Below, piece after piece: positions 19,342 through 29,179 of a stretch of DNA of 59,702 nucleotides. Position 1 is the stretch's first letter. Each line of letters opens with the position of its first letter. The DNA comes from an uncultured Fibrobacter sp. (lineage in GTDB: Bacteria > Fibrobacterota > Chitinivibrionia > Chitinivibrionales > Chitinispirillaceae), in NCBI GenBank assembly GCA_964472925.1, contig CAYYNL010000002.1:1-59702 (forward strand), in the 5' to 3' direction. Under the pieces are notes generated by a model, which was given only the letters and a program-made list of their open reading frames with translations, made no database searches and had not been told where the DNA came from. Made by a program: the position numbers and the translations under genes.

Positions 19342-20742
19342 ATGCATATTGAGCTATTTGTAAAAAAAATGTCGGACCAAAAGCTTCCTCAGGCTGCTAT
19401 AGACACGTTTGCTGGGTATTACAAGCAATTAATCAACGGAAAAACAGGGTTTATTCCTGAAAATCAGATTGAGCCGATCCAAAAGGGCCAACTCGATCTT
19501 TGGCAAACCAACTCCAGTTACATTAGTATCGGTGAACAGGCACTTAACCGTACAGTCATATTGAAGCTAAATGGTGGCCTTGGAACAACAATGGGATTGC
19601 AGGGCCCAAAATCTCTGATTCCGGTAAAAAACCAGTTAACATTTCTTGATATTACTGCCTTACAGGCCATCAATTTGAATAAAAAGATCGGTTCAAGAGT
19701 TCCACTTATTCTAATGAACAGCTTCAAAACTGATACCTTATGCTCTCAGTTTCTACAAAAATACTCTGAACTTCATGGCGATATTCCTGTTTCCTTTATT
19801 CAGAACATGTTTCCCCGTATAGATGTTTCGACTTTAGCTCCGGTTACATTTAGGCAAGACCCACAACTGGAGTGGAATCCATCAGGACATGGCGATATTT
19901 ACATTTCCCTTATGACCTCCGGAATACTGGACCAGTTGATTGAACACGGATATGTCTATGCTTTTATCTCCAACATAGATAATCTAGGGGCAAGCTTGGA
20001 TACCGGTATACTGGGTTATTTTATCTCGAACAAGCTTTCATTTCTGATGGAGGTCACAGACCGTACCTGGATGGACCGTAAAGGGGGACATCTGGCCCGA
20101 CATAAAGACGGCCGACTGATTTTACGAGAAGCAGCACAATGTCCTGAGCAGGATAGACAGAGCTTTCAGGACATCTCTCGTCACTCCTATTTTAATACCA
20201 ATAATCTTTGGATCAATCTATTGGATCTAAAAAAGCTTTTGGAAGCGAACAACAACATTCTGAATCTTCCCATGATCTGTAACAGAAAAAAAATCGACCC
20301 CACCAATCCCGACTCTATGGAAGTATTTCAACTGGAATCAGCAATGGGCACCGCCATTTCCATCTTCAGTAACGCCTCCGCCTTACGGGTCTCCAGATCC
20401 AGATTTGCCCCGGTAAAAAATTGCGAAGAATTGCTTCTTTTGTGGTCCGATTATTACCTTCTAAATGATGATTATCACATTATCCATAATCCTGCCAGGC
20501 GACATGAAAACATGGGAATTAATCTAGATCCGCAGTACTATTCCTGGATCGAACAGTTAAAAGATCGATTTCCTCACGATGTACCTTCACTATTAGAATG
20601 TAACTCGTTAAAAATTACCGGAGATATAAAATTTGGAAGAGGGATTTCCATAAAAGGGTCTGTTTCGATCTGTAACCGGAAAAAGCACCAGATCATAATA
20701 CCAGATTTCACCCGTATTGAAAGTGACCTTCATTTTGAATAA
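19342..20742 (+). CDS. UTP--glucose-1-phosphate uridylyltransferase, eukaryote-type (UDPGP family)
   Basis: LKLNGGLGTTMGLQGPKSLIPV, NSFKT, NPSGHGD, ISNIDNLGA and FNTNNLWINL are hallmark motifs of the UDPGP (UGP/UAP) family rather than bacterial GalU. Confidence 0.85.
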   Translation: MHIELFVKKMSDQKLPQAAIDTFAGYYKQLINGKTGFIPENQIEPIQKGQLDLWQTNSSYISIGEQALNRTVILKLNGGLGTTMGLQGPKSLIPVKNQLTFLDITALQAINLNKKIGSRVPLILMNSFKTDTLCSQFLQKYSELHGDIPVSFIQNMFPRIDVSTLAPVTFRQDPQLEWNPSGHGDIYISLMTSGILDQLIEHGYVYAFISNIDNLGASLDTGILGYFISNKLSFLMEVTDRTWMDRKGGHLARHKDGRLILREAAQCPEQDRQSFQDISRHSYFNTNNLWINLLDLKKLLEANNNILNLPMICNRKKIDPTNPDSMEVFQLESAMGTAISIFSNASALRVSRSRFAPVKNCEELLLLWSDYYLLNDDYHIIHNPARRHENMGINLDPQYYSWIEQLKDRFPHDVPSLLECNSLKITGDIKFGRGISIKGSVSICNRKKHQIIIPDFTRIESDLHFE

Positions 20743-20769
20743 AAACTGAATCCAATACAGGTTCTCAAT

Positions 20770-21222
20770 ATGTCATACCAACTTAGTCAGTTTCTTATTG
20801 ATGCTTACGATTACCATCATGTCACAACATCTAAACAAAATAAAGGGCTTAATTTCCCCATACAAATAGATGACCAGGACGATAACGATAAACTAAATGA
20901 ATTCTGCAACATCTTTGTAACTGTAAAACCTAAAGACATTATAAAACTGGAACTGATTGGCAACTTTCCCATAACTAAGGAACTGGTTGACCTAAGCACC
21001 AGTCTTAATGGATTCACCGATACTCTGCAATCAAAACTGGTTCTCTACCTTAAAATCGATCAAATAGATGTCATAATGAATATTGCGGATATAATAAGGA
21101 AGACTTCATTTCTGGGACCTGTTATTTCCAATCCAAACTGGCTCACCATCTCTTCACGAACTATCAGCTCCCTATATCGATTCGCAAGAATCATTAAAGA
21201 ATATAAAGCTTCCAAATCATAG
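20770..21222 (+). CDS. hypothetical protein
   Basis: 150-aa ORF 27 nt downstream of the UGPase gene on the same strand. No family recognised. Confidence 0.35.
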   Translation: MSYQLSQFLIDAYDYHHVTTSKQNKGLNFPIQIDDQDDNDKLNEFCNIFVTVKPKDIIKLELIGNFPITKELVDLSTSLNGFTDTLQSKLVLYLKIDQIDVIMNIADIIRKTSFLGPVISNPNWLTISSRTISSLYRFARIIKEYKASKS

Positions 21223-21414
21223 CTGATTTTCAGGGGTTTAACAAAAATAAATTCCTAAAAATGAAGTTATGACCAATAACTTTAAACCCTATATAGACAG
21301 TTGGGGTGGATGGCAGTCACGCACCATATTGAATTGATAAGCCTTGAATGTATTGAAGGCCTGTCGAATCGCATCAAACTGTAAAATTCAGGGTTAATAC
21401 AATGGTAATACCGT

Positions 21415-21448
21415 TTCTAAAGAAAGTCATAAATGAGTCTTTATGACC
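21415..21448 (-). terminator. possible Rho-independent terminator of nrdDG
   Basis: On the minus strand, directly after the nrdG stop: GTCATAAA-GACTCA-TTTATGAC hairpin followed by TTTCTTT. The stem is AT-rich, so weak. Confidence 0.35.
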
Positions 21449-21450
21449 AG

Positions 21451-22149
21451 TCATTCTCCTCTTATAACGCAACTACCTGCAGATGAAGCAATAATATCTC
21501 TAAAAATTTTAATCTTTGCGGTTGGTATCACATTTTGGGGCCCGAATGAGCTGTCCAAAACCGCACTGGTTAATTTAAGCGGCTGCAGAAACACCTTTTG
21601 TACTCCAGCAAGCAACTCTGCAATCTTGTAAACCACGTCTTCATTAATAAAAGGGGAAGCCATGGTTATACGAACTTCAGCAGAAGAACCCATTTTTTTA
21701 ACAATCCCAATTGCATTCCGCAGTTTGTTCCCAAACTCCTTATCTTTGTATCCTAACTCAGTATACCTTAGTGGTTCGGTCTTAATATCCAGGGCCAGAT
21801 AATCAGGTTCACACCTGGAAATCATTTCAGGATCTGTTCCGTTTGTGTCAATCTTTATCTTAAATCCGCTTTCTCGTATCTCTCTTACCAGATCCGGCAA
21901 AAAAACATGCAGAGTAGGTTCTCCCCCACTAAGAACAACTCCCTCGATAAACGTTTTTCTTCTGTGAAGGAAGGATTGAACAGAAGTCCAGGAGATTTGA
22001 GGCAGTTTTCTCAATACAATATCCGGGTTATGGCAATAAGGGCAGCGCAGATTGCAGCCCTCAAAAAAAAGGACGGTCGAAACCGTCCCTGGATAATCGA
22101 TAAAAGAGGTTTTCTGCCAGCCCGCTATTCCTTCGAAACTGCTGGACAT
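21451..22149 (-). CDS. nrdG: anaerobic ribonucleoside-triphosphate reductase activating protein (radical SAM)
   Basis: FIDYPGTVSTVLFFEGCNLRCPYCHNP (CX3CX2C cluster). Overlaps the nrdD 3' end by 25 nt. Confidence 0.85.
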   Translation of the reverse strand: MSSSFEGIAGWQKTSFIDYPGTVSTVLFFEGCNLRCPYCHNPDIVLRKLPQISWTSVQSFLHRRKTFIEGVVLSGGEPTLHVFLPDLVREIRESGFKIKIDTNGTDPEMISRCEPDYLALDIKTEPLRYTELGYKDKEFGNKLRNAIGIVKKMGSSAEVRITMASPFINEDVVYKIAELLAGVQKVFLQPLKLTSAVLDSSFGPQNVIPTAKIKIFRDIIASSAGSCVIRGE

Positions 22150-24269
22150 GCTACTTCCTTATTAATGATAGTGGCATCGATAACCGGATGTGAAGCAGAG
22201 GTTTCCTGATGAAAATTGCGGTATGTTTTACGAAAACTGAATTCCGATTTTTTACCATCATTCCAGTTCTGTACTGGTCTATAATATCCTACAATACGCG
22301 AATATACTTCAGTTTCCTCTGAGCAGTTTGGACAAGAAAAGTGTTCACCTTTAATGTATCCGTGATTGCTGCAGATTGAGAACGTTGGAGAAATGGTAAA
22401 ATAGGGAATTTCATAATTTTCAGCAATTTTTCTTACCAGTTTTTTACAAACCTCAACATCATCTATCGATTCACCTATAAAAGCGTGAAATACAGTTCCT
22501 CCAGTATAGAGTTTCTGGATATCATTCTGCAGGTCAAGGGCTTCAAAAAGATCATCCGTCGCATTTACCGGGAGTTGAGTGGAGTTGGTGTAAAATGGAT
22601 TGTTCTCACCTGGAATTATCATGCGGGAAAATTTCTCTTTATCGATTTTGGCCAGTCTATATGAAGTTCCTTCTCCCGGAGTAGCTTCCAGATTGTACAG
22701 ATGTCCGGTTTCTTCCTGATATTTAAGGAGTCTCTGACGCATATACAAAAGCACCTCTTTTGCAAATTCCCTGGCTTGTGAATCAACCAGACTTTTACCC
22801 ATGAAATTCTGTGTCGACTCGTTCATGCCAATCAGACCGATAGTTGAGAAATGGTTATTCCAGTGCCTCAGATATCGTTGAGTATAGGGAAAAAGCCCCT
22901 GATCCATCAATTTACTGATCACATTTCTTTTAATCTCCAGTGAATCTCTGGCAATATCCATGAAATGATCCAACTGGTGAAAATATTCCTCTTTATTTGA
23001 TGACAAGTAGCCTATTCTGGGAAGATTGATGGTTACTACACCGATTGAACCGGTAAACTCATCAGAACCGAATAAACCACCTCCTCTGTTGCGAAGTTCC
23101 CTTTTATCTAACTGCAATCTGCAGCACATTGATCGTACATCACTGGGATTCAATGATGAATTGAGGAAATTCTGAAAATAAGGCGTTCCATATTTTCCGG
23201 TCATTTTAAAAAGTAAGCCTGCATTTTCGCTATCCCAGTTGAAATTTCTGGTTATGTTATAGGTTGGAATGGGATAAGAGAAACCCCGTCCATCAGCATC
23301 TCCTTCGATTAATACCTCAAGAAAAGCTTTATTTATCATATCCATCTCAGGTTGATATTCTCCATAAGTGCTCTCAAGCGCTACTCCACCCACAATGGCC
23401 GGTTGATCCCGCAAGTCCTCCGGAACCACCCAGTCAAGAGTAATATTGGTGAAAGGAGCTTGAGATCCCCATCTCGATGGAGTATTGACACCAAATATGA
23501 AGGACTGAATCTGTTGTTTGACATCTTTGTATGAGAGCTGATCCGCTCTTACAAATGGTGCCAGATAAGTATCAAAGGAAGAAAATGCCTGCGCTCCCGC
23601 CCATTCATTTTGAAGAATACCCAGAAAGTTCACCATCTGCTGAATAAGAGTCGATAGATGTTTTGGAGGTCTGGAGGAGATCTTTCCTTTGACTTTCCCC
23701 AGACCTTCAGAGATTAGCTGCCGTAAAGACCAACCGGCACAATAGCCTGAAAACATAGATAAATCATGAATGTGAATATCACCATTTCTATGGGCAGAGG
23801 AGATATCGTGGTTATAGATGTTTTCCAGCCAGTAATTAGCTGTTATTGCTCCACTGTTGTGGAGAATTAATCCACCCAGAGAATAGTTTACGTTGGAGTT
23901 TTCCTTAACCCGCCAATCTTCCTTTTTAAGATAACCATCCATCGTGTTGGCAATATCCAGAACCAGATCTTTTGTACTGCGCAACCGCCGGTGCTGCTCT
24001 CTGTAAAGAATATATGCCTTGGCAATTCTGGCGTGTCCCTGCTCTATCAAGACTTTTTCCACAATATCCTGAATTTCTTCAACCGCAGGGATAGAATTGG
24101 GATGAAATTTTTGAGCGATTGATTCTTCAACGTTCTTAGCCAAATAAAGCGCCAATCCGAAGTCTTTTGCGCCAGCAGCCGATGCCGCCTTAAAAATTGC
24201 ATTAGCTATCTTATAGTTATCATAAGGAACCAGTTTTCCATCTCGCTTACGGATCGTCGAAATCATCAA
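22125..24269 (-). CDS. nrdD: anaerobic (class III) ribonucleoside-triphosphate reductase
   Basis: 714 aa. N-terminal ATP-cone (IRKRDGKLVPYDNYKIANAI), C-terminal zinc site CPNC and glycyl-radical motif SRIVGYYRPVQNWNDGKKSEF. Confidence 0.95.
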   Translation of the reverse strand: MMISTIRKRDGKLVPYDNYKIANAIFKAASAAGAKDFGLALYLAKNVEESIAQKFHPNSIPAVEEIQDIVEKVLIEQGHARIAKAYILYREQHRRLRSTKDLVLDIANTMDGYLKKEDWRVKENSNVNYSLGGLILHNSGAITANYWLENIYNHDISSAHRNGDIHIHDLSMFSGYCAGWSLRQLISEGLGKVKGKISSRPPKHLSTLIQQMVNFLGILQNEWAGAQAFSSFDTYLAPFVRADQLSYKDVKQQIQSFIFGVNTPSRWGSQAPFTNITLDWVVPEDLRDQPAIVGGVALESTYGEYQPEMDMINKAFLEVLIEGDADGRGFSYPIPTYNITRNFNWDSENAGLLFKMTGKYGTPYFQNFLNSSLNPSDVRSMCCRLQLDKRELRNRGGGLFGSDEFTGSIGVVTINLPRIGYLSSNKEEYFHQLDHFMDIARDSLEIKRNVISKLMDQGLFPYTQRYLRHWNNHFSTIGLIGMNESTQNFMGKSLVDSQAREFAKEVLLYMRQRLLKYQEETGHLYNLEATPGEGTSYRLAKIDKEKFSRMIIPGENNPFYTNSTQLPVNATDDLFEALDLQNDIQKLYTGGTVFHAFIGESIDDVEVCKKLVRKIAENYEIPYFTISPTFSICSNHGYIKGEHFSCPNCSEETEVYSRIVGYYRPVQNWNDGKKSEFSFRKTYRNFHQETSASHPVIDATIINKEVACPAVSKE

Positions 24270-24583
24270 TTATCTCCTAACTGATAGGGTGAACCACAAT
24301 AGGTGCTACAAATATGGAAAAGAGTATACAATATCTATCCCAACCAGTCAATGAGAAATATTGTAATTTTTTTTAATTTCTAACCTAATGCGAAAAAATA
24401 GAAACAAGAGTAAGTCTAAAGCAATGATATTAAAGGAAATCTGTCTTTTCCACCAATGCAGAAGGGGAAACAAAAACAGATCGTCTATTAGGTACATTTA
24501 AAGATTTTTTTTGAAGATCTGCTGGCATGTTTCTTGCAATTTCACATCAAAAACAACCTTAAACATTCGTCGCGGATATTAAA

Positions 24584-25105
24584 ATGTCCCTTTTTTTACA
24601 AAGAATAATCAGGGCAGCAAAGCTGGATCTCTCTCTTTATGAAGAAGTTGAATCCGACTCTACAGCCCTGCTTCCTGCCATGATGGTGGTAATCATCTCT
24701 TCTTTAGCCGCAGGTTTTGGAACCGTTCAACAGATTGGTCCTAGTGGAATCTTATGGGGAACAGTAACTGCTCTTGCTGGATGGTTTGTGTGGTCCTTTT
24801 TAACCTTTTTTATAGGCACCAAAGTTCTTCCTGAACCTCAAACTGAAGCAGATTACGGGCAACTGCTAAGAACCATCGGTTTTTCCAGTGCTCCTGGTAT
24901 AATAAGGATTCTTGGGCTGATACCGGTAATCGGCTTTATGTCTTTCTTTATTTCCTCTATCTGGATGCTTGCAGCAATGATTGTCGCTGTTCATCAGGCT
25001 CTGGATTATAGTTCCACCTGGCGAGCTGTAGCAGTCTGCGCAATCGGGTGGGCAGTTCAAATGGCTGTCATTATTCTGTTGAGCTCAATTTTTTATCACA
25101 CCTGA
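24584..25105 (+). CDS. Yip1-domain family membrane protein
   Basis: 173 aa, N-terminal amphipathic segment followed by about five TM helices. The pattern (LDLSLYEEVESD ... GWFVWSFLTFFIG ... SSAPGIIRILGLIP) resembles the bacterial Yip1/DUF1282 family. Confidence 0.5.
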   Translation: MSLFLQRIIRAAKLDLSLYEEVESDSTALLPAMMVVIISSLAAGFGTVQQIGPSGILWGTVTALAGWFVWSFLTFFIGTKVLPEPQTEADYGQLLRTIGFSSAPGIIRILGLIPVIGFMSFFISSIWMLAAMIVAVHQALDYSSTWRAVAVCAIGWAVQMAVIILLSSIFYHT

Positions 25106-25174
25106 AAAAATATGGGCTTATAACTATTCAGTTATGAAACAAAATAACTTTCAAGAAATTAACCAAAATAATTT

Positions 25175-26434
25175 CTAATCAGACAAGCTGGGCTGCTGAA
25201 TTATATAGGGAGTCACAAAAATCACCAGATCCTTTTTTTCCACGTTATTTTCTGATCTTTTAAACAGATTACCTAAAAGAGGAATATTTTTAAGCCCAGG
25301 AATTCCGGATTCGTTTTTTTGAATTTCATTAGAAGTCAGGCCGGCAATCACCACCGTTTCACCATTAGAGACAACCACATTAGTTGAAGCACTCTGCTCA
25401 TTTATTATAGGAACTCCATCCTGAAGAGTATAAGACTCTTTCCGTGGACTCAATTCAAGCAATATGCGTCCGTTTCCTGAAATATGGGGTTTAACGACCA
25501 ATTCAGTTCCTGCATTTACCATTTGAACTACCGTATTCCCGGCCTCATCCAGGTATTTTACCGGTACCTGCTGCCCCATAAATATCTTTGCCTCTTTGTT
25601 GTCAAGAGTTGTGATTTGCGGTTGTGCAACTATTTCTCCCTTATTATCGTTAAACAGGTATTCCAGAGTAACATCAAACTTGTCCGGACTGATAACTCCG
25701 TAACTAATCCTCTCCAAAGCTCCTGATACAATATTGGTTTTTTCCGGAATATGTACACCCTCCACTTTATTTGAAGCATCAGTATATCCCCAATGAACTC
25801 CTAATCTCTGGATGGCACCCGAACTCACCTCTATTATCTTACAGGAGATAGAAATCTGAGCGGTTTCCACATCCAGTTGTGATACCATCGACTTAATCTG
25901 ATTCACATTTTCTTCTGTATCGAAGATAATGAGAGAATTAGTATGTTCTACTACTGTAATCTTTCCTCTGGAAGACAAAAGTTCTTCAATGGATTTTTTC
26001 ATTTCACTGGCAGGAATATGCAGTATCCGCACAATCTCCCGTTTTAAAGAACCTGTTTCCAGAAGAGCCTGAGATGAAGTGGTTTCACTTTGCTGACTTT
26101 TATTTATCTGATCTGCAGGAAGAACATAAAAGTATGTTCCTTCGTCAACCGCCGCAAGATTGTTAATGCGACATAAAATATTCAGTATTTCTCTCCAGCT
26201 CTTATTTGATACAGAAAGTGATACAGTACCCTTTACCGCCTCTCCTGCAATTATATCTACTCCACTGAACGCACTGAGCTGTTTAAACACCGAATGGATC
26301 TCTGCATTATGTACCTCGAAAAGATCAATTCTCTTTTCGTTTTGTCTTCGGGACGAGGACTGGGAATTAGCTTCAAAGCCAATTAAACAGAGCATGATCA
26401 TAATATTAATTCTCAAGACAACTTTAGAGTTCAT
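25175..26434 (-). CDS. pilQ: type IV pilus secretin PilQ (short form, no AMIN domains)
   Basis: Signal peptide, N0/N1 domains (IDLFEVHNAEIHSVFKQLSAFSGVDII; ITVVEHTNSLIIFDTEENVNQI), secretin core and the C-terminal motif ESGIPGLKNIPLLGNLFK. Last gene of the pilMNO-x-Q operon. Confidence 0.85.
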   Translation of the reverse strand: MNSKVVLRINIMIMLCLIGFEANSQSSSRRQNEKRIDLFEVHNAEIHSVFKQLSAFSGVDIIAGEAVKGTVSLSVSNKSWREILNILCRINNLAAVDEGTYFYVLPADQINKSQQSETTSSQALLETGSLKREIVRILHIPASEMKKSIEELLSSRGKITVVEHTNSLIIFDTEENVNQIKSMVSQLDVETAQISISCKIIEVSSGAIQRLGVHWGYTDASNKVEGVHIPEKTNIVSGALERISYGVISPDKFDVTLEYLFNDNKGEIVAQPQITTLDNKEAKIFMGQQVPVKYLDEAGNTVVQMVNAGTELVVKPHISGNGRILLELSPRKESYTLQDGVPIINEQSASTNVVVSNGETVVIAGLTSNEIQKNESGIPGLKNIPLLGNLFKRSENNVEKKDLVIFVTPYIIQQPSLSD

Positions 26435-27966
26435 CGTACCCCCACTTCCTGATGTGATAAAGTATTGGTGAGGCGTAAAGTAACCGATCGTGAAATGCCA
26501 TATTCCGTAATCAGAAACACAATTCTGTCTCTGTAGATTTTTAAAACCTTTCCTTTTTCTACCCGGTCTTCCTCTCTCAGAGTAAATGGTCGATTATTAT
26601 TTTTTTTATCTTCCAGTAAACCAATGCGATCTCTATTGTCATATAGAATACCCACCAAACGGAGGTTTTCTACAAATGGCAATCCCAGATCCGATTCAAC
26701 ACTGCTTATATATGGCAAAAATGGATCACGTCCCTTACGGTGATAACGGATCACATTCCCGGAAGCTCCTAACATTGTATCAGAGAATCCCGCCCCTGAC
26801 AACTCATTATTAAGAGGTAAGGGGATTTCCGAATATAGATTCACCCTCAGTTGGGTTACTGTATCAGCCTGCAACTGTTGCATGGTTGTTATTGACGAAG
26901 GCACGCGATTATTTTCCTGACTCTCCATTTTCGGAGTCATTCCCTCCAGTGGTTGGAGTGCCCCCTGATCTGCCAGATCAGTTCTTTTCTCCTGTATCGA
27001 AAAGAGAAGATTTCGTGGGAAAGGTATGGAACGGTCTATCTGAATCTGTCGTTCGAGTGACTTCATGTCAATTTCATAGACTGGCATTTTGTAGAAATCG
27101 TAAACAAGCTCCATCCCCTCTATAGAATTCCACAAAACTGCTTTCTGCTCGTTCTTAAGCATGGCATATAGAGAGAGGCCCTGACCTCTTTTACTCAAAA
27201 TATTTAAGGCAGAATCGGCTGACTTGCGATTCAGAATAACTTTTGCCCACAGCAGACTATTGTTCCCCATTTTAGTTTTATCAAGTTTTATACTTTTAAA
27301 AACAGTTCCTTCTGGTAAATCATAGAAAGTCGATTCTATTTCACTGCCGGCATTATGGAACCTGATCAATAAAGTATCTTTTTTACGCTGTATATCACAG
27401 TCTACATCAGTATTGAAATCGAAAAACAATTCACAGGTGTTATCACGGTTGAATAAACGGATATTCCTCAGATTTGCCGCCAAAAGACTTTTTCTGTCTG
27501 CCTGTTGAACCGGATTCTCCCTTTGTCTGGAATCCAGATCCGACAGACTCCATTTCGATTGAGCAAATGGCTTACTGGAAAGCAGGGCCATCCAGGTATT
27601 TCCCTTTAATTGCGATCTGATAATGGAGTCTGCTGAAGTACGAAGGGCAATATTTAGTTCGACACCATCAATTCTGTTTTTTAAGGAAAGACTTTTAAGA
27701 GCAGCATCGGAATGAAACTGGTTAAAATTTACAGAATTTTCTTTATATGTACAACCCTCGATCAGAATACTGACCGAAGAACCATTCCTTTTTTGAAGGT
27801 GAGTATTTAAAGCACAATCAGATGTAATAGAAATCGCCAACCCTTTTGGACCAGCCACAACAACCAGATCAGAAACCGAGGGCTTACCATTTGCAGAAAA
27901 TATCGAAAATAAAACAGTAATGCTAATCAGCCGCTGTAGTACAAATGTCCACTCTTTCCTGTACAT
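26431..27966 (-). CDS. PilP-like protein with large N-terminal extension
   Basis: Occupies the pilP position. The C-terminal ~100 aa (GRDPFLPY ... LRLVGILYDNRDRIGLLED ... FTLREEDRVEKGKVLKIYRDRIVFL) match the PilP beta-sandwich pattern. The first ~400 aa (after a signal peptide) are unassigned. Confidence 0.5.
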   Translation of the reverse strand: MYRKEWTFVLQRLISITVLFSIFSANGKPSVSDLVVVAGPKGLAISITSDCALNTHLQKRNGSSVSILIEGCTYKENSVNFNQFHSDAALKSLSLKNRIDGVELNIALRTSADSIIRSQLKGNTWMALLSSKPFAQSKWSLSDLDSRQRENPVQQADRKSLLAANLRNIRLFNRDNTCELFFDFNTDVDCDIQRKKDTLLIRFHNAGSEIESTFYDLPEGTVFKSIKLDKTKMGNNSLLWAKVILNRKSADSALNILSKRGQGLSLYAMLKNEQKAVLWNSIEGMELVYDFYKMPVYEIDMKSLERQIQIDRSIPFPRNLLFSIQEKRTDLADQGALQPLEGMTPKMESQENNRVPSSITTMQQLQADTVTQLRVNLYSEIPLPLNNELSGAGFSDTMLGASGNVIRYHRKGRDPFLPYISSVESDLGLPFVENLRLVGILYDNRDRIGLLEDKKNNNRPFTLREEDRVEKGKVLKIYRDRIVFLITEYGISRSVTLRLTNTLSHQEVGVR

Positions 27967-27968
27967 AA

Positions 27969-28559
27969 CTATCTTTTCGATGAAAATGTGGTCATTTCAA
28001 AAGAAGAAACCACAGTTATTCCTGTCGTTTCCATCAGCTCAGTTTGCGTCTGAGATAAATTCAATTGACTGGCTGCAATATTTACAGAAGTCAAATTGAT
28101 AATCAATGCGAAATTGGCCAAGAACGCAAAAAATTCAGCAAGTTCATGGTAACCACCTTCTATTGTAACATTATACCGGTTTTCCACATAATACTCCCTC
28201 TCCACATCAGGAAGAGGGTTAAAGCGGGTAGTGGTAATTCCGGAAGCTCGTGCAACCGCATTAATCTCCCTCAAAAGCTTTGGTATCTCTTTATGGTCAG
28301 GAAAAATCGATTTAAGCGAATCCAGTTTGGCCTGAGATTTTGTAAGCTCTATCCTGAGTACATCAAGTTGAGGTTTCAGGGCAAGGATTGTACGTAAGGT
28401 ATCCTGTTTTTGTTTCTGTTTTTTCTGTAAAGATATAAGAGTGTCCATCGAAGGAGTATAAAAATACTGATGCCAAAATAAGGCAATTACAGCCGTAATA
28501 GCTAGCACAATGAGGGGGTTTCTGATTTTAGGGTTTTTCAGATTCAAAGAGAGTTTCAT
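27969..28559 (-). CDS. pilO: type IV pilus assembly protein PilO
   Basis: 196 aa: one TM, coiled coil, then the C-terminal pattern VTIEGGYHELAEFFAFLANFALIINLTSVNI typical of PilO. Operon position. Confidence 0.7.
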   Translation of the reverse strand: MKLSLNLKNPKIRNPLIVLAITAVIALFWHQYFYTPSMDTLISLQKKQKQKQDTLRTILALKPQLDVLRIELTKSQAKLDSLKSIFPDHKEIPKLLREINAVARASGITTTRFNPLPDVEREYYVENRYNVTIEGGYHELAEFFAFLANFALIINLTSVNIAASQLNLSQTQTELMETTGITVVSSFEMTTFSSKR

Positions 28560-29179
28560 GGCGCATTTCCCTCTTGATTTTGACTGGCTACCGCATTACA
28601 AACGCTGAGTTTGACATCAGGATTAATTTGACATGAAATATTGAAACTAAAGAGTCTGCTCTGCGGATCGATCTGTTCTATTCTTGAAAGATCGACGCTA
28701 TTCACATATTCGCTTTCCTTTAATTGTGACATATAATTTGCGACTTCAGAAAAAGAATAGGTTCTTCCTTCTATATGGATTACAGGAGGTGAACTGTTTT
28801 CCTCCTTTATAGAGATAAGCCATGTGTACTCGGGAAGCCTGCTGCTGAGCTCTTCCATCAGCCTCACCCATTTTTCACGATTGACACTGATACGTTCTAA
28901 AGCCAGTATCTTCTCCCCTATGAGCTGTTGATCTGAACGAAGCTTTTTTATTTCATCGTGAATCGGACGGTTGATTGCGATTTGCTGTTCAAGGGCCTTG
29001 ATCTCGTTTTCACATATTCCCTTGGTATTTTCAATATTAACACTCCAGAACATCAGCCCCAGACATGTAAGAACCAGTATGATAAGCGGGTAAACCACTT
29101 CCCTCTCAAGATGAAAGTTTCTCCGGTGGACCCGATACTCAGCGGGCAGCAAATTTATTTCTATTCTCTCTACCATCAT
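28556..29179 (-). CDS. pilN: type IV pilus assembly protein PilN
   Basis: N-terminal IEINLLPAEYR motif, single TM, coiled coil. 4-nt overlap with pilO. Confidence 0.7.
   Translation of the reverse strand: MMVERIEINLLPAEYRVHRRNFHLEREVVYPLIILVLTCLGLMFWSVNIENTKGICENEIKALEQQIAINRPIHDEIKKLRSDQQLIGEKILALERISVNREKWVRLMEELSSRLPEYTWLISIKEENSSPPVIHIEGRTYSFSEVANYMSQLKESEYVNSVDLSRIEQIDPQSRLFSFNISCQINPDVKLSVCNAVASQNQEGNAP

Noticed and set aside
24292-24339. Two ACAATA-containing A/T-rich boxes about 31 bp apart upstream of nrdD, as possible NrdR boxes
   Set aside because: The spacing fits NrdR tandem boxes, but the palindromic arms are poor: only CAC/GTG in box 1 and about 10 of 16 consensus matches in box 2. 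In AT-rich DNA this could be chance, and no nrdR gene is visible in the window.
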